Of a stretch of DNA of 64,000 bases, positions 1 through 18,070 are shown one piece after another. The DNA is from the human T2T-CHM13v2.0 reference genome, Homo sapiens. The notes under the pieces are model-generated. The model was not told the DNA's origin and searched no databases. It saw only the letters and a list, made by a program, of their open reading frames with translations. Made by a program: the position numbers and the translations under genes. The stretch lies in NCBI RefSeq assembly GCF_009914755.1, contig NC_060925.1; one strand, given 5' to 3'. Numbering within the stretch: position 1 is the stretch's first letter; every line of letters starts with the position of its first letter.

Positions 1-606
1 TCTCAATGCACATGCAAACATTTTCAGAATTTCATTATCAAACATGCCCTCCTACCTAAATGTGTTAACCATGCCCACCTAGCCTCCGTTCTGCTGGAAT
101 TTTCTGATCCCCACTGAGATCATGAAAAACATTTCATGGCATCCCCTCCTATAAGCATTCCCAGTGGGACAGAAAAGCCAATAAATCCCTTAAAATAGTC
201 TAGCATTTCCCTTGCCAATCCATTTTCCCTAAGAAAATGGTGAAGAGAGAATCTACTAGACTGTGATTACCCAAGGGAGATGATAAATTCCAGGTGATAT
301 GAGGAAGATTAACTGAGCACACACAAAAAATAGTGAACTGTTAATTTACTTATCTTAAAAACAGATAAGAAATAAACTTTACTAGTAAGTATTTCTTATG
401 TTGATCTACAAAAGCAACACACCTTGTGAACACACACATTCTGAGGGAAAAGTGGCAGCTGCACAACACAGCAGGGTTGACAATGAAGTCTTCAATTGTC
501 CTACCACTTTTGGCACACTGTATTTGGTATTCCTGTACATGGGAATTTTACAGATTACATTTTTCTTGTTTACATAAGTTTGTGGATTGTATTATAAACT
601 AGAAAA

Positions 607-970
607 GTGGTTCCCAAAGTATGCTCCCAGGACCAACACCATCAGCAACATCTGAAAATTTGTTTTTTTGAGACAGGGTCTCACTCACTCTGTCACCCAG
701 GCTGGAAATCCTAACTCACTGCAGCCTCCACCTCCCAGGCTGAAGTGGTCCACCCACCTCAGCCTCCCAAAGTGCTGGGATTACAGCAAAGTGCATACAG
801 CGCCAAGCCAACACCTGGAAATTTGTTAGAAATGCAAATTCCCAGGCACCGCTCCAGACATTCCGAATTAGAAACTCTCCGGGAGGGAAACAGCATTTTG
901 TGTCTTAACAAGCCCTCCAGGACACTCTGATGCACCCCCCACCCCCGGCAAGACTGAGAAACACTGACCC
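607..970. mobile_element. MER5A-like hAT DNA transposon interrupted by an antisense Alu fragment (~663-790)
   Basis: GTGGTTCCCAAAGT..., TTGTTAGAAATGCAAATTCCCAGG, TTAACAAGCCCTCCAGG and ...GAGAAACACTG are typical MER5A segments. Confidence 0.75.
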
Positions 971-1323
971 AGAGGTTATTCCTCTAGGTCTTAAGTAGAT
1001 ATTTGTAATAGATATGCTCAGAAACTAACAGAATCTCCATTTAGTTTCCTGAACCACGTAGTATGAGGTATTCTGGTAGGAATCAAAATCTGAAAGCCAT
1101 TTTGGAAATTTCAGAAGTCATTAAAGACCTGAAAGATATCAGGATAGTGATAATGAAAACAATGTAACATACACACAAAATAAAATACGGCCATAAAGGC
1201 AGACCAATTTAAAATAATACATTATTTAAAAATTGAGAGGACTCTAGCAAAGAAATCAGCAATTGAGATAAAATAATCAACGCAAACAACTAAAGAATTA
1301 GTAAATAAAAAGCTAATCTTCTA

Positions 1324-1842
1324 TGCAGAAAAAAGTTAACAGCAGACCTGAGATGGCTTTCCTTAGAAAGGGCTGCTTGCAAAGCTGGCCCTTGGCTAAG
1401 AACTCACAGGAACCTGGATTTAGGGAGGGTTCCTACCACCAACTGGTAAGAGTGGGTGGTTGTGTCTAAAACAATATGGCTTAAGCTTTCATTATCAGAG
1501 TCTAGAATTTGATATATGCCAGACATGCAGTACCTATGTGAACAGCTCCCACTAAAAACCCTGGATGCTGAGTTTTAAGGAGCTTCCCGGGTTGTAACAT
1601 TTCATGTTGTCACAATTCTTGGTTAGGGGAATTATGTGTGTCTTGTGTAACTCTACCGGGAGAAATTTGCACCTGGTTTCCTCCAGACTTTACCCAATGT
1701 ATCTTTTCCTTTTGCTGATAATGCTTCCTATCCTCTTGTAATAAATCGCAGCCGTAAACATGACTAATACAATACACTGAGTCCTGTGAGCGCACCTTGT
1801 GAATTACCAAATCTAACACTGGTGCTGGAAATATCCAACACA
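1324..1842 (+). mobile_element. Solo LTR, MER68/MER21-group (ERVL-like)
   Basis: 5' AAAAGTTAACAGCAGACCTGAGA..CCTTAGAAAGGGCTGCTTGCAAAGCTGGCCCTTGGCT, internal AATAAA, and 3' CTGAGTCCTGTGAG..GAATTACCAAA. Confidence 0.7.
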
Positions 1843-2870
1843 TTCTCTTAATTCTATTATGAGCTCTTTGACAGTCATATAATGATAAAAACACTGACAG
1901 TAACTTCAAGTCTAAAACATTTGTATTACTCTTACTCCACCCATTAATAAAATAAAACATTTTAATATTATTTTATTTCCATTGTCTTATTCTTTTTAAC
2001 ATATCCAGTAACCTTATTTGAATCACATGCTTAGTTCTTGTACAGTAAAGAACAGGACACCTTCACTGACAATCCAAGGGAAATTGGTATGTTGTTAACA
2101 AACAAGGTGGAATACATACTGGGCAGGCTCTAACAAGAGACGATCACTAAAATCAGGCTATTTGACAAACAAAATTGACTTAAAGAATATTGGGGAAGCA
2201 TCGCAAAGAAATAGTCATGATCTCCCACAACTCAGGTCCTGAGCAGCTCACTGGGTTCCTGCCTCTCCGCTCCTCGCCACGCAAACGGCTCCTGCCAGAA
2301 CCCAAGATGGCAGCTTCAGGTGGGCAGGTGGCCAGGATCGCCGAAAGCACACCAGTGCCCAGGCGAAGAACAGCCAGGGGCCCCTCCTTGCTCGGTGCCT
2401 AACAGCAGGGGCGCAGGGTGGGGCTGCCATCAGCCACGCGCAGAGCCCACTTGGTTATGGCAAGGAAAACCCTGTGACCTAGGGAGTCGCCAGGCTTCCA
2501 GTCCTGCTGGCGGGAAGGACTGGCAAGGCAGTGGGGATAAAGGTGCAAGCAAAGAAACCATGGTTTCGGAAGGATAATGTACAGAGAGGCCTTGTGTTGA
2601 CCCGAGCACGTTTTTTGAAAGAAATTCTTAATATTGGGTGAGCGCTAATTCTCAGTTCAAAAATTAAATCATATGTATAAAAACGAAAAAAAAAGAGTCC
2701 TGAGTAACTTCTGATTATTATTTTACATATTAAAAGATAACAGAAAAAAAAAAGCGGTTTCAAATGTGAGTCCTAAGTAAACACTCACCAACTCTACAGC
2801 TTACAAGCTTGCCATCAAGGTGGCTTCTCACCAGGACAACTCTATACAGCATGCTTTAAAGTGAGCAGGA

Positions 2871-3468
<598 letters not shown>

Positions 3469-4429
3469 AAAGGGAGCAGGAGTTATTTATTTAACAGTGG
3501 TAAGAGGTACTCTCATGCAATTCTTAGGGAGGCTGGTGAATGTATTTTTAAAAACCTGTTCTTTATACAATTCAGAAGACCAATAAGAAATGCTGAAAAA
3601 ATCAGAAATACAAAAATTAAAAGAAATTATCACATTACTTATATTAGATATCAACATTATAAATAAGGGAATACTTTTCAGATACAAAATGATCTCTAAA
3701 ACTTTCCTATTTTGGGTAAAATACTAGCCTAGGAACATACATCATGAATATACACCATGATTCAGAAGGGGACTCTGCTATGAAATAAAAACAGTGAAAT
3801 ACTAGAATATAGTGGCATATTTGAAGGAATTGAAAATCATCAAAAACACAATCACTCCTAAAGCATATAATCTAACAATGTCTTCAGGGAGTCCTGGTTA
3901 ACCTAGTATCACTTGCTCATCCCTTAGCCCTGTGATACTTATGAAAACTGTTTACAGTTTTGTTTAATTATATCCTCAGGATTCAAAGTTTTTACATGGT
4001 CTCAGAAACCCAAGATCTACTTGAGAAATGCATTGATTTTATTCCTCAGCGCTGTCTCTAACTTACAAAAAGTAATATTTGCTGCTCAAGGCTACTTCAC
4101 AGGATATAATCAACGCAAAGCAACCTTCTTTTTGGTAGGCTTTGGGATAACAGTCAATGCAAATTTAGTGAATGCGAAAATTAGTTGTATGAGTGTGTCA
4201 AACTTTTGGAAGCACAAGTAGGTAAACCAAGGTGCCATGGACAATGGGTGAAAACTATTATAAATATGGAAAATTTTAACCTGGAAACCATAACACTGTT
4301 TCTGTGGATTTCTGAAGACCCTACAAGAATTTTCAGAGATGATATATCTACACAATAAAGCCTGTACTTTCGACAGACCCAAAAAAGTTTAAGAACTCCT
4401 ATTGTACCCTGAATTTTCAGAAAAATTAG

Positions 4430-4808
<379 letters not shown>

Positions 4809-5459
4809 ATACTACTTCATTTTATAACAAAATAAGAAGTTTTATGTATCTTTTAAAACACATTCATTTTCATCACAAAAACAATTATGTAGATAAATAA
4901 AAAAGTATTATTACCCACTGGTATAAAAGAGCAAAGAGAGGTGGAGCTTTAAGTGATTTTAAGGACATAATTCACTAGAGGCAGGAAAAAGAGCTTAAAT
5001 CCAGATGTCATACCATAACTGCCTTATCAGGTAGTAACAACTTAACACCCTCTTAAAAAAACCTATCTGTAACCAACATAAACTTACCTACTAATTCAGA
5101 AGCTAATGTTTAAAATGTTGAAAAAAGATGATTACAAACTATGTTTTAAGAAATACACAGGTAAAGATTTGAAAGTATATACTAAAATGTTAATAGTAGT
5201 TACCTCTGTAACGTCTGAATTACGAGTGATCTTTTTCCTACCTGATTTTCTGGATTTTCCATACTTTCTACCATGAGTTTTTTAATAACCAGAAAATGTT
5301 AAAATCAAATAAAATGCTTTATGTTCATTATTAAATTATAAAATTATTAATATTAAGTACTATTATTTAACATTTACTTAAGACAGTCAATTTTAAGATT
5401 TCTTGCTGATACTTTTAAGAAAAAGTTAACTTAGACCCTAAAGAAAATGAAACCAATCC

Positions 5460-6141
<682 letters not shown>

Positions 6142-6409
6142 CTATAAAATTGATGATGCAATGTGATGAATTGATCAGAGAAATTTAATTACATATACTT
6201 CACTAGCTTTTTCTATTACAAGTGATCTTTAAAACCATAATGTGATTATGACCTAGTATTTCAAATAAAAATTGCTGGGCACAGTGGCTCATGGCTATAA
6301 TCCCAGCTACTTGGAAAGCTAACGTGAGAGGATCCCTTGGGCCCATGAGTTCCAGAACAGCCTATGCAACATAACAAGATACCATCTCTAAAATTAAAAT
6401 TTGGAATTA

Positions 6410-7590
<1,181 letters not shown>

Positions 7591-7943
7591 AGATCTGGCA
7601 GAGAGTTCTCATTCTGAGAGTTCTAACTAGTAAATCAGGATTCCTTACACAAGTGTTTTTCAAACTGAGCCACAACCTATTAATTACTAGGTAGGGAAAG
7701 AACAAGAGAAAAAAATGATATGAGAGAAAAAATGACTGAGTTAACGCTCATTCACACATTTGTTTCTGGCTTTTGGGTTTTGTTTTGTTTTGTTTTGAGA
7801 TAGGGTCTCCCTCTGTTATTCAAGCTGAGCTCTGTGGCTCACTGCAGCCTTGACTTCCTGGGCTCAAGCAATTAGCCTGTTTCAGCCTCCCAAGTAGCTA
7901 GAACTACAGGCATGTACCACAATGCCCAGCTAATTTTTGATAA

Positions 7944-8078
<135 letters not shown>

Positions 8079-8789
8079 TAAACTAAAGCCTATAATGTAT
8101 CAGGTGCTGGTTAGGAACCAGAGACTTGATTTAAAACTCAGTCTTTGTTTTCATGGAGTGTAGTGGAGGAATCTGTTAAACAGTTAAGTTACCATATGAA
8201 GTTAACTACTATGGTCAGATTCTGCACAAGAGGAGCACGAAGAAGGACGTAAATCTATCTTAGGATCTCAGAGAAGGATACCTGAAGGATGACTGGTAAT
8301 CTAGTAAAAGAATTCTGATGGGTTGAAATGAGAAACAATATAGATTCTGGAGAAGAGCTATAGTGCATGAGGAAAGTAGACAATATAGAAAGCTGCAATT
8401 ATTAATGACCATAGCCAGAGTTCTGGAGAAGCAAGGCCTGATAGCAACAGGAGAAGAACTACTACAAAGTTTTATGAGCAAGAGTTACATTATCTGATGT
8501 CTTAGATCACTGTGGCTGCAATGTGAAAAACAGATACCAATGTACAAATACAAGGCTGAATCAGACAGATCAGTTAGGAATCTGCTACCATAATCTAGAA
8601 TGAGATACAATGGCTTGCACTAATGCTGGGATGGAGAGAGAAGAACTGGGTAAAGACATTCTCACATTTAGTGACTAACTGAATAAAGGGATTAAAAATT
8701 TTACCTTTTGGCCAGGCACTGTGGCTCACGCCTGTAATCCCAGCACTTTGGGAGGGTGAGGTGGGTGAATCATTTGAGGTCAGGAGTTA

Positions 8790-9092
<303 letters not shown>

Positions 9093-9719
9093 CTAGAGAG
9101 ACACCCAAACTGCAGGGGAGGTTGTAGTAACAAAGCAGAAGACAAAAGGAAATTCCAGGTGAGGCTACAGGGCAAGAACAGTCTCATTGTGTGTTCTGTC
9201 TTGAATGTACCAGAAACTACCAGTGTTCATGATGGTATATGAGAAAGAATCTACTTATTTTTATTTTTCTACTTGCCCTAAAGTAATAAACATGCATCAC
9301 ATCAAGCAAATTAATGCCTAATTATCAGCAAATTAGTAAACTATTTCTGTTGACACCTTTATTCTCTACCCAGTAATTCAACCGGCAGCTACTATTTTCA
9401 CTAAGTACTGTTAAATAAGCTTGACAAAATGAGATACTCTTACATGAATTCCTGGTCCTAAAGAATTTAGTCCTTTCTTCAGCATACAAATTAATGCATG
9501 AATTCATTTGCTTTATAAAACTATAAAAATACAGAAGTATACAAAAAGCAAATGTCTCCTTTTATCTTCTCTGTTCCCACATCCCTCGGGGACATAACTA
9601 CTGTCTCCTTATTTAGGGTATTTTTCCAGTCTTACTCTGCCTTTACAGGGACCTATGTACAAAACAATGTATTTTTTCCAAATAAATTTTAAATTGGCCT
9701 TTAGTTGTACAGTCTATGA

Positions 9720-9821
<102 letters not shown>

Positions 9822-10959
9822 TGAAGTCAGGAATTTCTCAAGACCAGGCTGGCCAACATGGCGAAACCCCTTCTCTATTAAAGAAATATAAAAATTAGCC
9901 AGGCGTGGTGGTGGGCACCTGTAGTCACAGCTACTCAGGAGGCTGAGGCAGAACTGCTTGAACTCAGGAGACGGAGATTGCAGTAAGCTGAGATTGCACC
10001 ACTGCACTCCAGCCTGAAAAACAGAGTGAGACTCCATTTCAAAAAAAAAAAAGTAAGTCCTAAATTACTACACTCAATTCCCATTAATAATCACTATTCT
10101 CATTTTGGCATATGTTCTTCCAGGTTTTTTCCAGACCTTCACTTACATACACGTACATGTATCCATATTTAATAACATTTCTGTGAATCTATTTTTACAT
10201 AACTGGTACTACATTTAATATACTGTCTTTCAACTTTTCTTTCATTCAAAAAATGTTTTAGAGATCTTTCTACATCAGTAAACACAAACTGTCGAATTAA
10301 TTTTGTGCTATAACCATTGTAGGAATTTGCCATGGTTATTTAGCTTGTCCTCTACTGGTGATATTAAGTGGTTTTCTGTTTTTCCCTATTAAAGAGGGCA
10401 GCCACAAACATATTCATGCCAGCTTCCTTGTGCACCTGTACATGGGCTGCTTCTGGGTAGGTATCAAAAGGGAGCACAAAGAACATGAACATTTTTTATT
10501 TTAAGACATAACCCAAATTCTCCCAAGGAATTTCTGAAGTATAATTCTGGTGCCTTAAAGGCCAACACATAATGAAAAAAGAAGACTCTTAGTTACAGTT
10601 AAGTGTTCTATTTTCAACCAAAACTTTTCTAATCCTAGAGGAGTTTAACAATCTGGCATCTTGAACAGAAATCACCATTAATTTCTGCACCAGTTATTAG
10701 CAATGCAATATCTTAACAGTCTTGAAAGATCCATTTATTCAACAATAATTACCAAAATTAAAAACACACAACCCTGGCCCCAGGAATAAATGGCCAAATT
10801 CATCCAATAGCTATACTTGCACATGTGTGAGATAACATATATTCAAAGTTATTCATCACAGATGCAAGTCAGTAGGTCTGGCCAAAAGTCCAGCTAAATT
10901 CAAAGTGACATAATAAATTATGATCCTGGAAGGGAATTCAATGTATGACTTACTTCAAA

Positions 10960-12540
10960 CAGTAAATTAACTCAAAGTTTGGGAGCTATAAAATATTGAT
11001 AAATTTAACCATTAAAAAATTGCTCAATGGCAAAAAAATACACAAAGCAAATATATCAAAATATAAATGACAAACTCTACAAAAAGTTATTTATAATTCA
11101 CATCACTAAAGAGCTTGACTCTCATACATAAAGAACATCTAAAATCAGTAATTTTTTTTAGAGACCAACCATTCAGGCCAGGCAAAGTGGTTCACTCCTA
11201 TAGTCCCAACACTGGGAGGCCGAGGTAGGTGAGGTGCTTGAGCCCAGGAGTTCGAGACCAGCCTGGACAACATAGTGAGGCCTTATCTCTATTAAAAAAT
11301 TTAAAAATTAGCCAGCATGGTAGCATGTGCCTGTAGCCCCAGGTACTCAGGAGGTTGAGGTGGGAGGATCACTTGAGCCTGGGAGGTTCAAGGCTGCAGT
11401 AAGCCGTTATTGGACCACTGCACTCCAGCCTGGGGGACAGGAAGGAGATTCTGCCTCAAAAAAAAAAAAAAAAGCCAACCATTCAACAGAAAAATGGGCA
11501 TATGACATAAAAGGATATTTCATATAAAAAGAATTACAATGGACTCAACACTTGAAAAGATGCTCATACTCATTCATAAATTCGATGTAAAACCTACTAA
11601 ATAAAAACAATTCAAAACACAATTTTTCGCACGCATCCATAGTTTCAACTACTTGGGAGGCTGAGGCAGAAGAACTGCTTGAACCTGGGAGACAGAGGTT
11701 GCAGTGTGCCCCTATCATGCCACTACACTCCCTCCAGCCTGGACGATATAGTGAGACTCTATCTCTAAAAAAAAAAAACCCACACCATTTTTCACTATCA
11801 GATTGGCAAAAATTCAGAAATTCAGAAGTCTAGTAATGTACACGGCAGGTAAGTTATGGGAAAATGTTAGCCTTCATATTGCTGCTGAGAATGTAAATCT
11901 GTATAACCTGAACGGGAAACGATTATAGAAATAAAAAATGCAGGCCGGGCAGATCACTTGAGGTCAGGAGTTCAAGACCAACTTGGCCAACATGGTGACA
12001 CCTGTCTCCACTAAAAATACAAAACTTAGCGGGGCATGGTGGTGCATGCCTGTAATCCCAGCTACTCCAGAGGCTGAGGCAGGAGAACTGCTTGAACCAG
12101 GGAGGCAGAGGTTGCAGTGAGCCAAGATGACGCCAACCTGGACGACAGAATGAGATTCCATCACCAAAAAAAAAAAAAAGCACATGTGCTTTAATCAGTA
12201 ACCCTACTCTTAGGAATTAATCCTACAGATACTCTTACAGATGTATGAAATAATATATGTACAAAGTTACCTCATCTCAGACCTGTTTGTAAAAGCAAAA
12301 GGTCAAAAACAACCTAAATGTCCAAAAATAGGGGTGTGGCTAAATAAATTATGTTACATCGTAAATCTTATACATCTGTCCTATACAGAACTGCAAAAAC
12401 AATTGAGGAAACTGGTTGTTTGCAGCTGGACATGGGCATGAAAGACCAGAGACGGGGAGACAACTTTTTAAGGATTACAAAAATATTCTTAAACTGGACT
12501 GTGGTGATGGGTGAACAACCCTAGACATTTACAAAAATTC
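10960..12540 (+). mobile_element. Old L1M 3' fragments interleaved with Alus
   Basis: AAAATGGGCATATGACAT..., GAAAAGATGCTCA, CACTATCAGATTGGCAAAAAT and AACAACCTAAATGTCCA. Confidence 0.65.
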
Positions 12541-14035
12541 CATAACAGCCAGGTGTGGAGGCTTACGCCTGTAATCCCAGAGCTTCAGGAGGCCAAGTGG
12601 CAGTATCTCTTGAGAGGAGGTGTTCAAGAACAGCCTAGGCAACATAGTGCTACCGTGTCTGTACAAACAAATTTGTTTTAATTAGCTGGGCATGGTAGCA
12701 CACACCTGCAGTCCCACCTGTTCAGGAGGCTGAGGTTGGAAGATTGCTTGAGCCCAGGAGTTTGAGGTTAACACTGAACTATGATAGTGCTACTGCACTC
12801 CTGCCTGTGTGACAGAGTAACAATTTGTTTCTAAAAGAAGAAAATAGGCCAGGCGTGGTGGCTCACGCCTATAATTCCAGCACTTTGGGATGCGGAGGTG
12901 GGCAGATCACCAGGTCAGGAGATCAAGACCACCCTGGCTAACACGTTGAAACCCCGTCTCTACTAAAAATAAAAAAAATTAAAAATAAATTAGCTGGGCA
13001 TGGTGGCGGGTGCCTGTAGTCCCAGCTACCTCGGAAGGATGAGGCAGGAGAATGGCGTGAACTTGGGAGGCAGAGGTTGCGGTGAGCTGAGATCGCACCA
13101 CTGCACTCCAGCCTGGGCAACAGAGCAAGACTCTGTCTCAAAAAAATAATAAATAAATAAATAAATAAAATAAATTTTTAATTAAAAATGAATCTAAAAT
13201 TCCTTGATTTTTACACTTAGAATGGTTTAATTTTTTTGGTGTGCAAGTTATACCTCAATAAAAGTTGTTAATAAGAACACACAAGGCTAGGCGTGGTGGC
13301 TCATACCTGTTAATTCCAGCACTTTGGGAGGCCGAGGTGGGCAGATCACTTGAGGCCAGGAATTTGAGACTGGCCTGGCCAACGTGGCCAAACCCCGTCT
13401 CTACTAAAAAATACAAAAAATACTAAAAAATAGCCCGGGTGACATAGCAAGACTGTCTTAAAAAAACAAAAACAAAACAAACAAAAAAACACCCACAAAT
13501 GAGGGGATCTCTATGTAATAATAACACAAACATCTCCCAGATGTGTTAAGTGACAAAATTTAAAAGTGCAGAACAGTGTGTGTAATTTACAAGCTGAAAG
13601 TAAAGGGTAGGAGAGATAGGGAAGTAAGACGGCAAACTTGTGTTTGCCTTTCTACGTGTGGAAACAATACACAAAAACAATGACTGTACAGAAAGAAGGG
13701 AAATTTAACAATTGGAGGTAAAAGGTAGGATGAAAGGGTTTTTACTATATTCTTTTATAAGTATTTTTTAAAACTTTTCAGCCATATGTTTGAATATTCA
13801 AAAAATTAAACTAGGATATTTGGACTTTAATAATACAGATACAACTTATAATGTAAGTTGTTTGCTTCTTCATTTCGTTACATATTATATTTCATATGAT
13901 TTTGCAATCATCCTGATTGTCCCCAAGAGTCTGCCTTTGTGAAGAATTGTGCCTACAGAAACTTTGCATCCTCAATATTCTGGGGACAGTTCCAGTTTCA
14001 AATATTCAATTCCAATGTTACTGATTTACAAATTA

Positions 14036-14419
<384 letters not shown>

Positions 14420-16044
14420 TCAATCACATGACCAAATTAAAGGTTGGGTAAGGTAAAACTCATCCAGAATATGCATAAAACTTGAACTTTAACTTTTTTG
14501 ATTACTAACAAGATAAATTTATAGATCTACTTTTATGTAACAGTAACAGAACAGGTACAACATGGACCCCAAAGTCTCTGCTGAGCAGAAAACTGGAAAT
14601 GACTAGAAATATACTGACAGAAGAGAAAAGCTAAAGTAGAACTACATAGTCAAGAAGAAAGCTCCGAGGGAAGGTTGTGGATTCAAATGAATACGTAGAT
14701 AGCTCTTCTAAGACTCCACAATACATTCCTCATTCCTGTAGAGCCAGACTACTCCTTCCCAAAACCTACAGGGCAGCAAATCTAAGATCCACAAAAACCA
14801 GAGCTCCTATTTTATTAACTGCTCCCCTTGTGCCAAGCATTATGCTTTAGTAATCTCATTTCATCTCAGCAACACTATGACATAGGTGCTGCTATCCTCA
14901 GTACCGAAGCGCAGTAACTAAAGATCAACATCACACAAACGTCAAAGTTAAGGCCAAAAAAATATATGCTACTAGAGGATTTCCACTTTTCCTCTCTTAT
15001 TTTTTACTATATTTTAAATACTGATCATTAACACAAACTTCTACAAGTAAAAAAATTTTATATAATGAAGTAGTACATGCTCATTTTAAAAACCAAACAT
15101 TGTAACTTCACAAAGTAGACATTAAACATTTTCTATACTGTCACCAGCTAGAGACCATCACTATTAACTTGTTACAGGTCTTTCCAGACCTTTTCTTAAA
15201 AGCATTAACAGCTGATGTGCCAAGTCAGTACAATTATCTACTTATACTATACATATGTAAATATGAGGTAAAATGTCTACCTATAGATAGTATAAATTGT
15301 AAGCAAAAGCAAATTGTTGCTCAAACCTAGGTTAAGTCAAGTTTGGATTTAACTATATAGAATATTCTAAAAAGCACATAAACCAAAAAAAAAAAATGAT
15401 GAAAGAGAAGGTGGAAAGATGAAAGCAGGAAAGGGCCAAATACAGTCTAGCAACTCAATTCAGCAATACAGCCAGTTTGTCACTACCTACCTACTTAAGA
15501 GCTGATTCTAACATCTATTTCCATGGTAACTAGGCATTAAGCAAAAAATATATATATACCAGACTTTTAGGAAAAGATTCCTTTCTCCTCCACCAGAAAA
15601 ATGCCTAGTTTGGCAAATTTAAGCAATGTAATCTGGAAGTCTGACTTTATGTCAGAAATTTCAGTATATTAGACTGTAAAACATCTTAAAATAGTTATTA
15701 AGTAATTGGAGGGGGTGGACTACAAGGAGTAAAACTGATCATCTACAAATATCATAATCTTAGTTTCTAAAATTAGAGTTCCAGTTGCCTTCTATTGACA
15801 TACAATATGTCCAAAACCCAGTAAAATATTTAAAATTATAAAACGCAATATATAAACAAGAACTATTTACTGACATCTAGTACCACCTGGCCACCTGGAA
15901 AATTGACACTGGACTTTCAAATCTGAACCTTTAAAAATTAATGTAAGCATAAATTAAATTTTAAGTAAAAACATACAGTAAAATAATACCTCTTTCGTTA
16001 CTGATAGGATATGGGCAGAATAATGATATGCAAACCAGCAGCAT

Positions 16045-16483
16045 TTTTTTTTTTTTTTTTTTGAGACAGAGTCTTACTCTGTCACCCAGGCTGGAGTGCA
16101 GAGGTGTGATCTCGGCTCACTGCAACCTCCGCCTCCCGGGTTCAAGCAATTCTCCCGCTTGAACCCAGGGGTTCAAGCAATTCTCCCGCTTGAACCCAGG
16201 GGTTCAAGCAATTCTCCCGCTTGAACCCAGGGGTTCAAGCAATTCTCCCGCTTGAACCCAGGGGTTCAAGCAATTCTCCCGCTTGAACCCAGGGGTTCAA
16301 GCCTCCTGAGCAGCTGGGATTACAGGCGCTTGCTACCACACCCGGCTGATTTTTTGTATTTTTAGTAGAGACGGGGTTTCACCATGTTGGCCAGGCTGGT
16401 CTTGAACTCCTGACCTCAAGTTATCCGCCCGCCTCAGCCTCCCAAATTGCTGGGGTTACAGGCGCAAGCCACCGTGCCCAGCC
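16045..16483 (-). mobile_element. AluS/Y-type element hosting the 31-bp array
   Basis: Poly(T), right arm, linker and left arm in antisense orientation. Confidence 0.92.
16138..16302. repeat. Perfect 31-bp tandem array (5 units + 10 bp) built from inverted 10-mers, inside an antisense Alu
   Basis: Unit GGGTTCAAGC-AATTCTCCC-GCTTGAACCC-AG repeated without mismatch. Confidence 0.97.
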
Positions 16484-16875
16484 ATATCTTTTTAAAAATA
16501 TGCTCAACATTTTGAAACCATGTAAATATTTTACATCAAAAAAATTGAAAAGGAAAAAACAGCACTCCTTAGAAACCAAAACCAAACTGAAGTAAATGTT
16601 CTATTTTCAACTGCTGACATAAATACACAGAGAATTATTATTTCAAGTATCTTAAATATTAATATTTATTTAAAATATTATTTTTTATTAAAATTTATAA
16701 AATTTTATTTTCATTTAAAAAGTATTCTGAGCTTACATCCCTACTGGAATACAGCCTAAGGATGTAAATAGACAGACAAAGGAATCTCAAACTACATTAT
16801 GGTATTGTTATCTCAAAGCTAATATGTGTTATATGTATAATATAATGTTAATGTTGTTAGGAACCAACATTTTTA

Positions 16876-17499
<624 letters not shown>

Positions 17500-17524
17500 C
17501 TATAAAAGAAGTTACATGGCTGTA

Positions 17525-18070
17525 CTCATCAAGAAGGCATCACAGGCAAAGAGGGAAGCCCCTGCTCTCCCAACGTCAAAGCCAAACCAAAGGCTCTAAA
17601 GGCCAAAACAGCAGTGCTGAAAGGTATCCGTATCCACAGCCACACAAAAAAGAGAAGATCTTCACGTCACCCACCTAAGGACAGCCCAAAACACTGCTGC
17701 TGTTCTGGAGGCAGCCCAAATATCCTTGGAAGACTGGTCCAGTCCAGGAGAAACCAGCTTGACCACTATGCTATCAAGTTTCCCCTGACCACTGAGTCAG
17801 CCATGAAAAGAACAGAAAGTCAACAACATTCTTGTGTTCACTGTGGATGTCAAGGCCAACAAATACCAGATCAAACAGGCTAAGAAAAAGCTCTGTGGCA
17901 CTGACATGGCCAATATCAACACCCTGATCAGGCCTGATGGAAAGAAGGCCCATGTTCTACCGGTTCCTGACTATGATGACGTTGCCAACAAAATTGGGAT
18001 CATCTAAAGTGAGCCCAGCTGGCTAACACTAAATAGACATATTTTTCACCATAAAATAAATAAATAAATC
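17525..18070 (+). pseudogene. Processed pseudogene of ribosomal protein L23a (RPL23A)
   Basis: Intronless match to RPL23A mRNA (..AGGAGAAACCAGCTTGACCACTATGCTATC..; CCCCTGACCACTGAGTCAGCCATG; GTTGCCAACAAAATTGGGATCATCTAA). ATG is mutated to AAG, there are frameshifts, and a 3' UTR and A-rich tail follow. Confidence 0.93.

Noticed and set aside
1610-1960. 116-aa minus-strand ORF
   Set aside because: It overlaps an old LTR and AT-rich flank, and shows no homology or splice context.
16138-16302. CRISPR-like array (31-bp palindromic repeats)
   Set aside because: Units are contiguous and identical with no unique spacers, are entirely Alu-derived, and lie in primate DNA with no cas genes.
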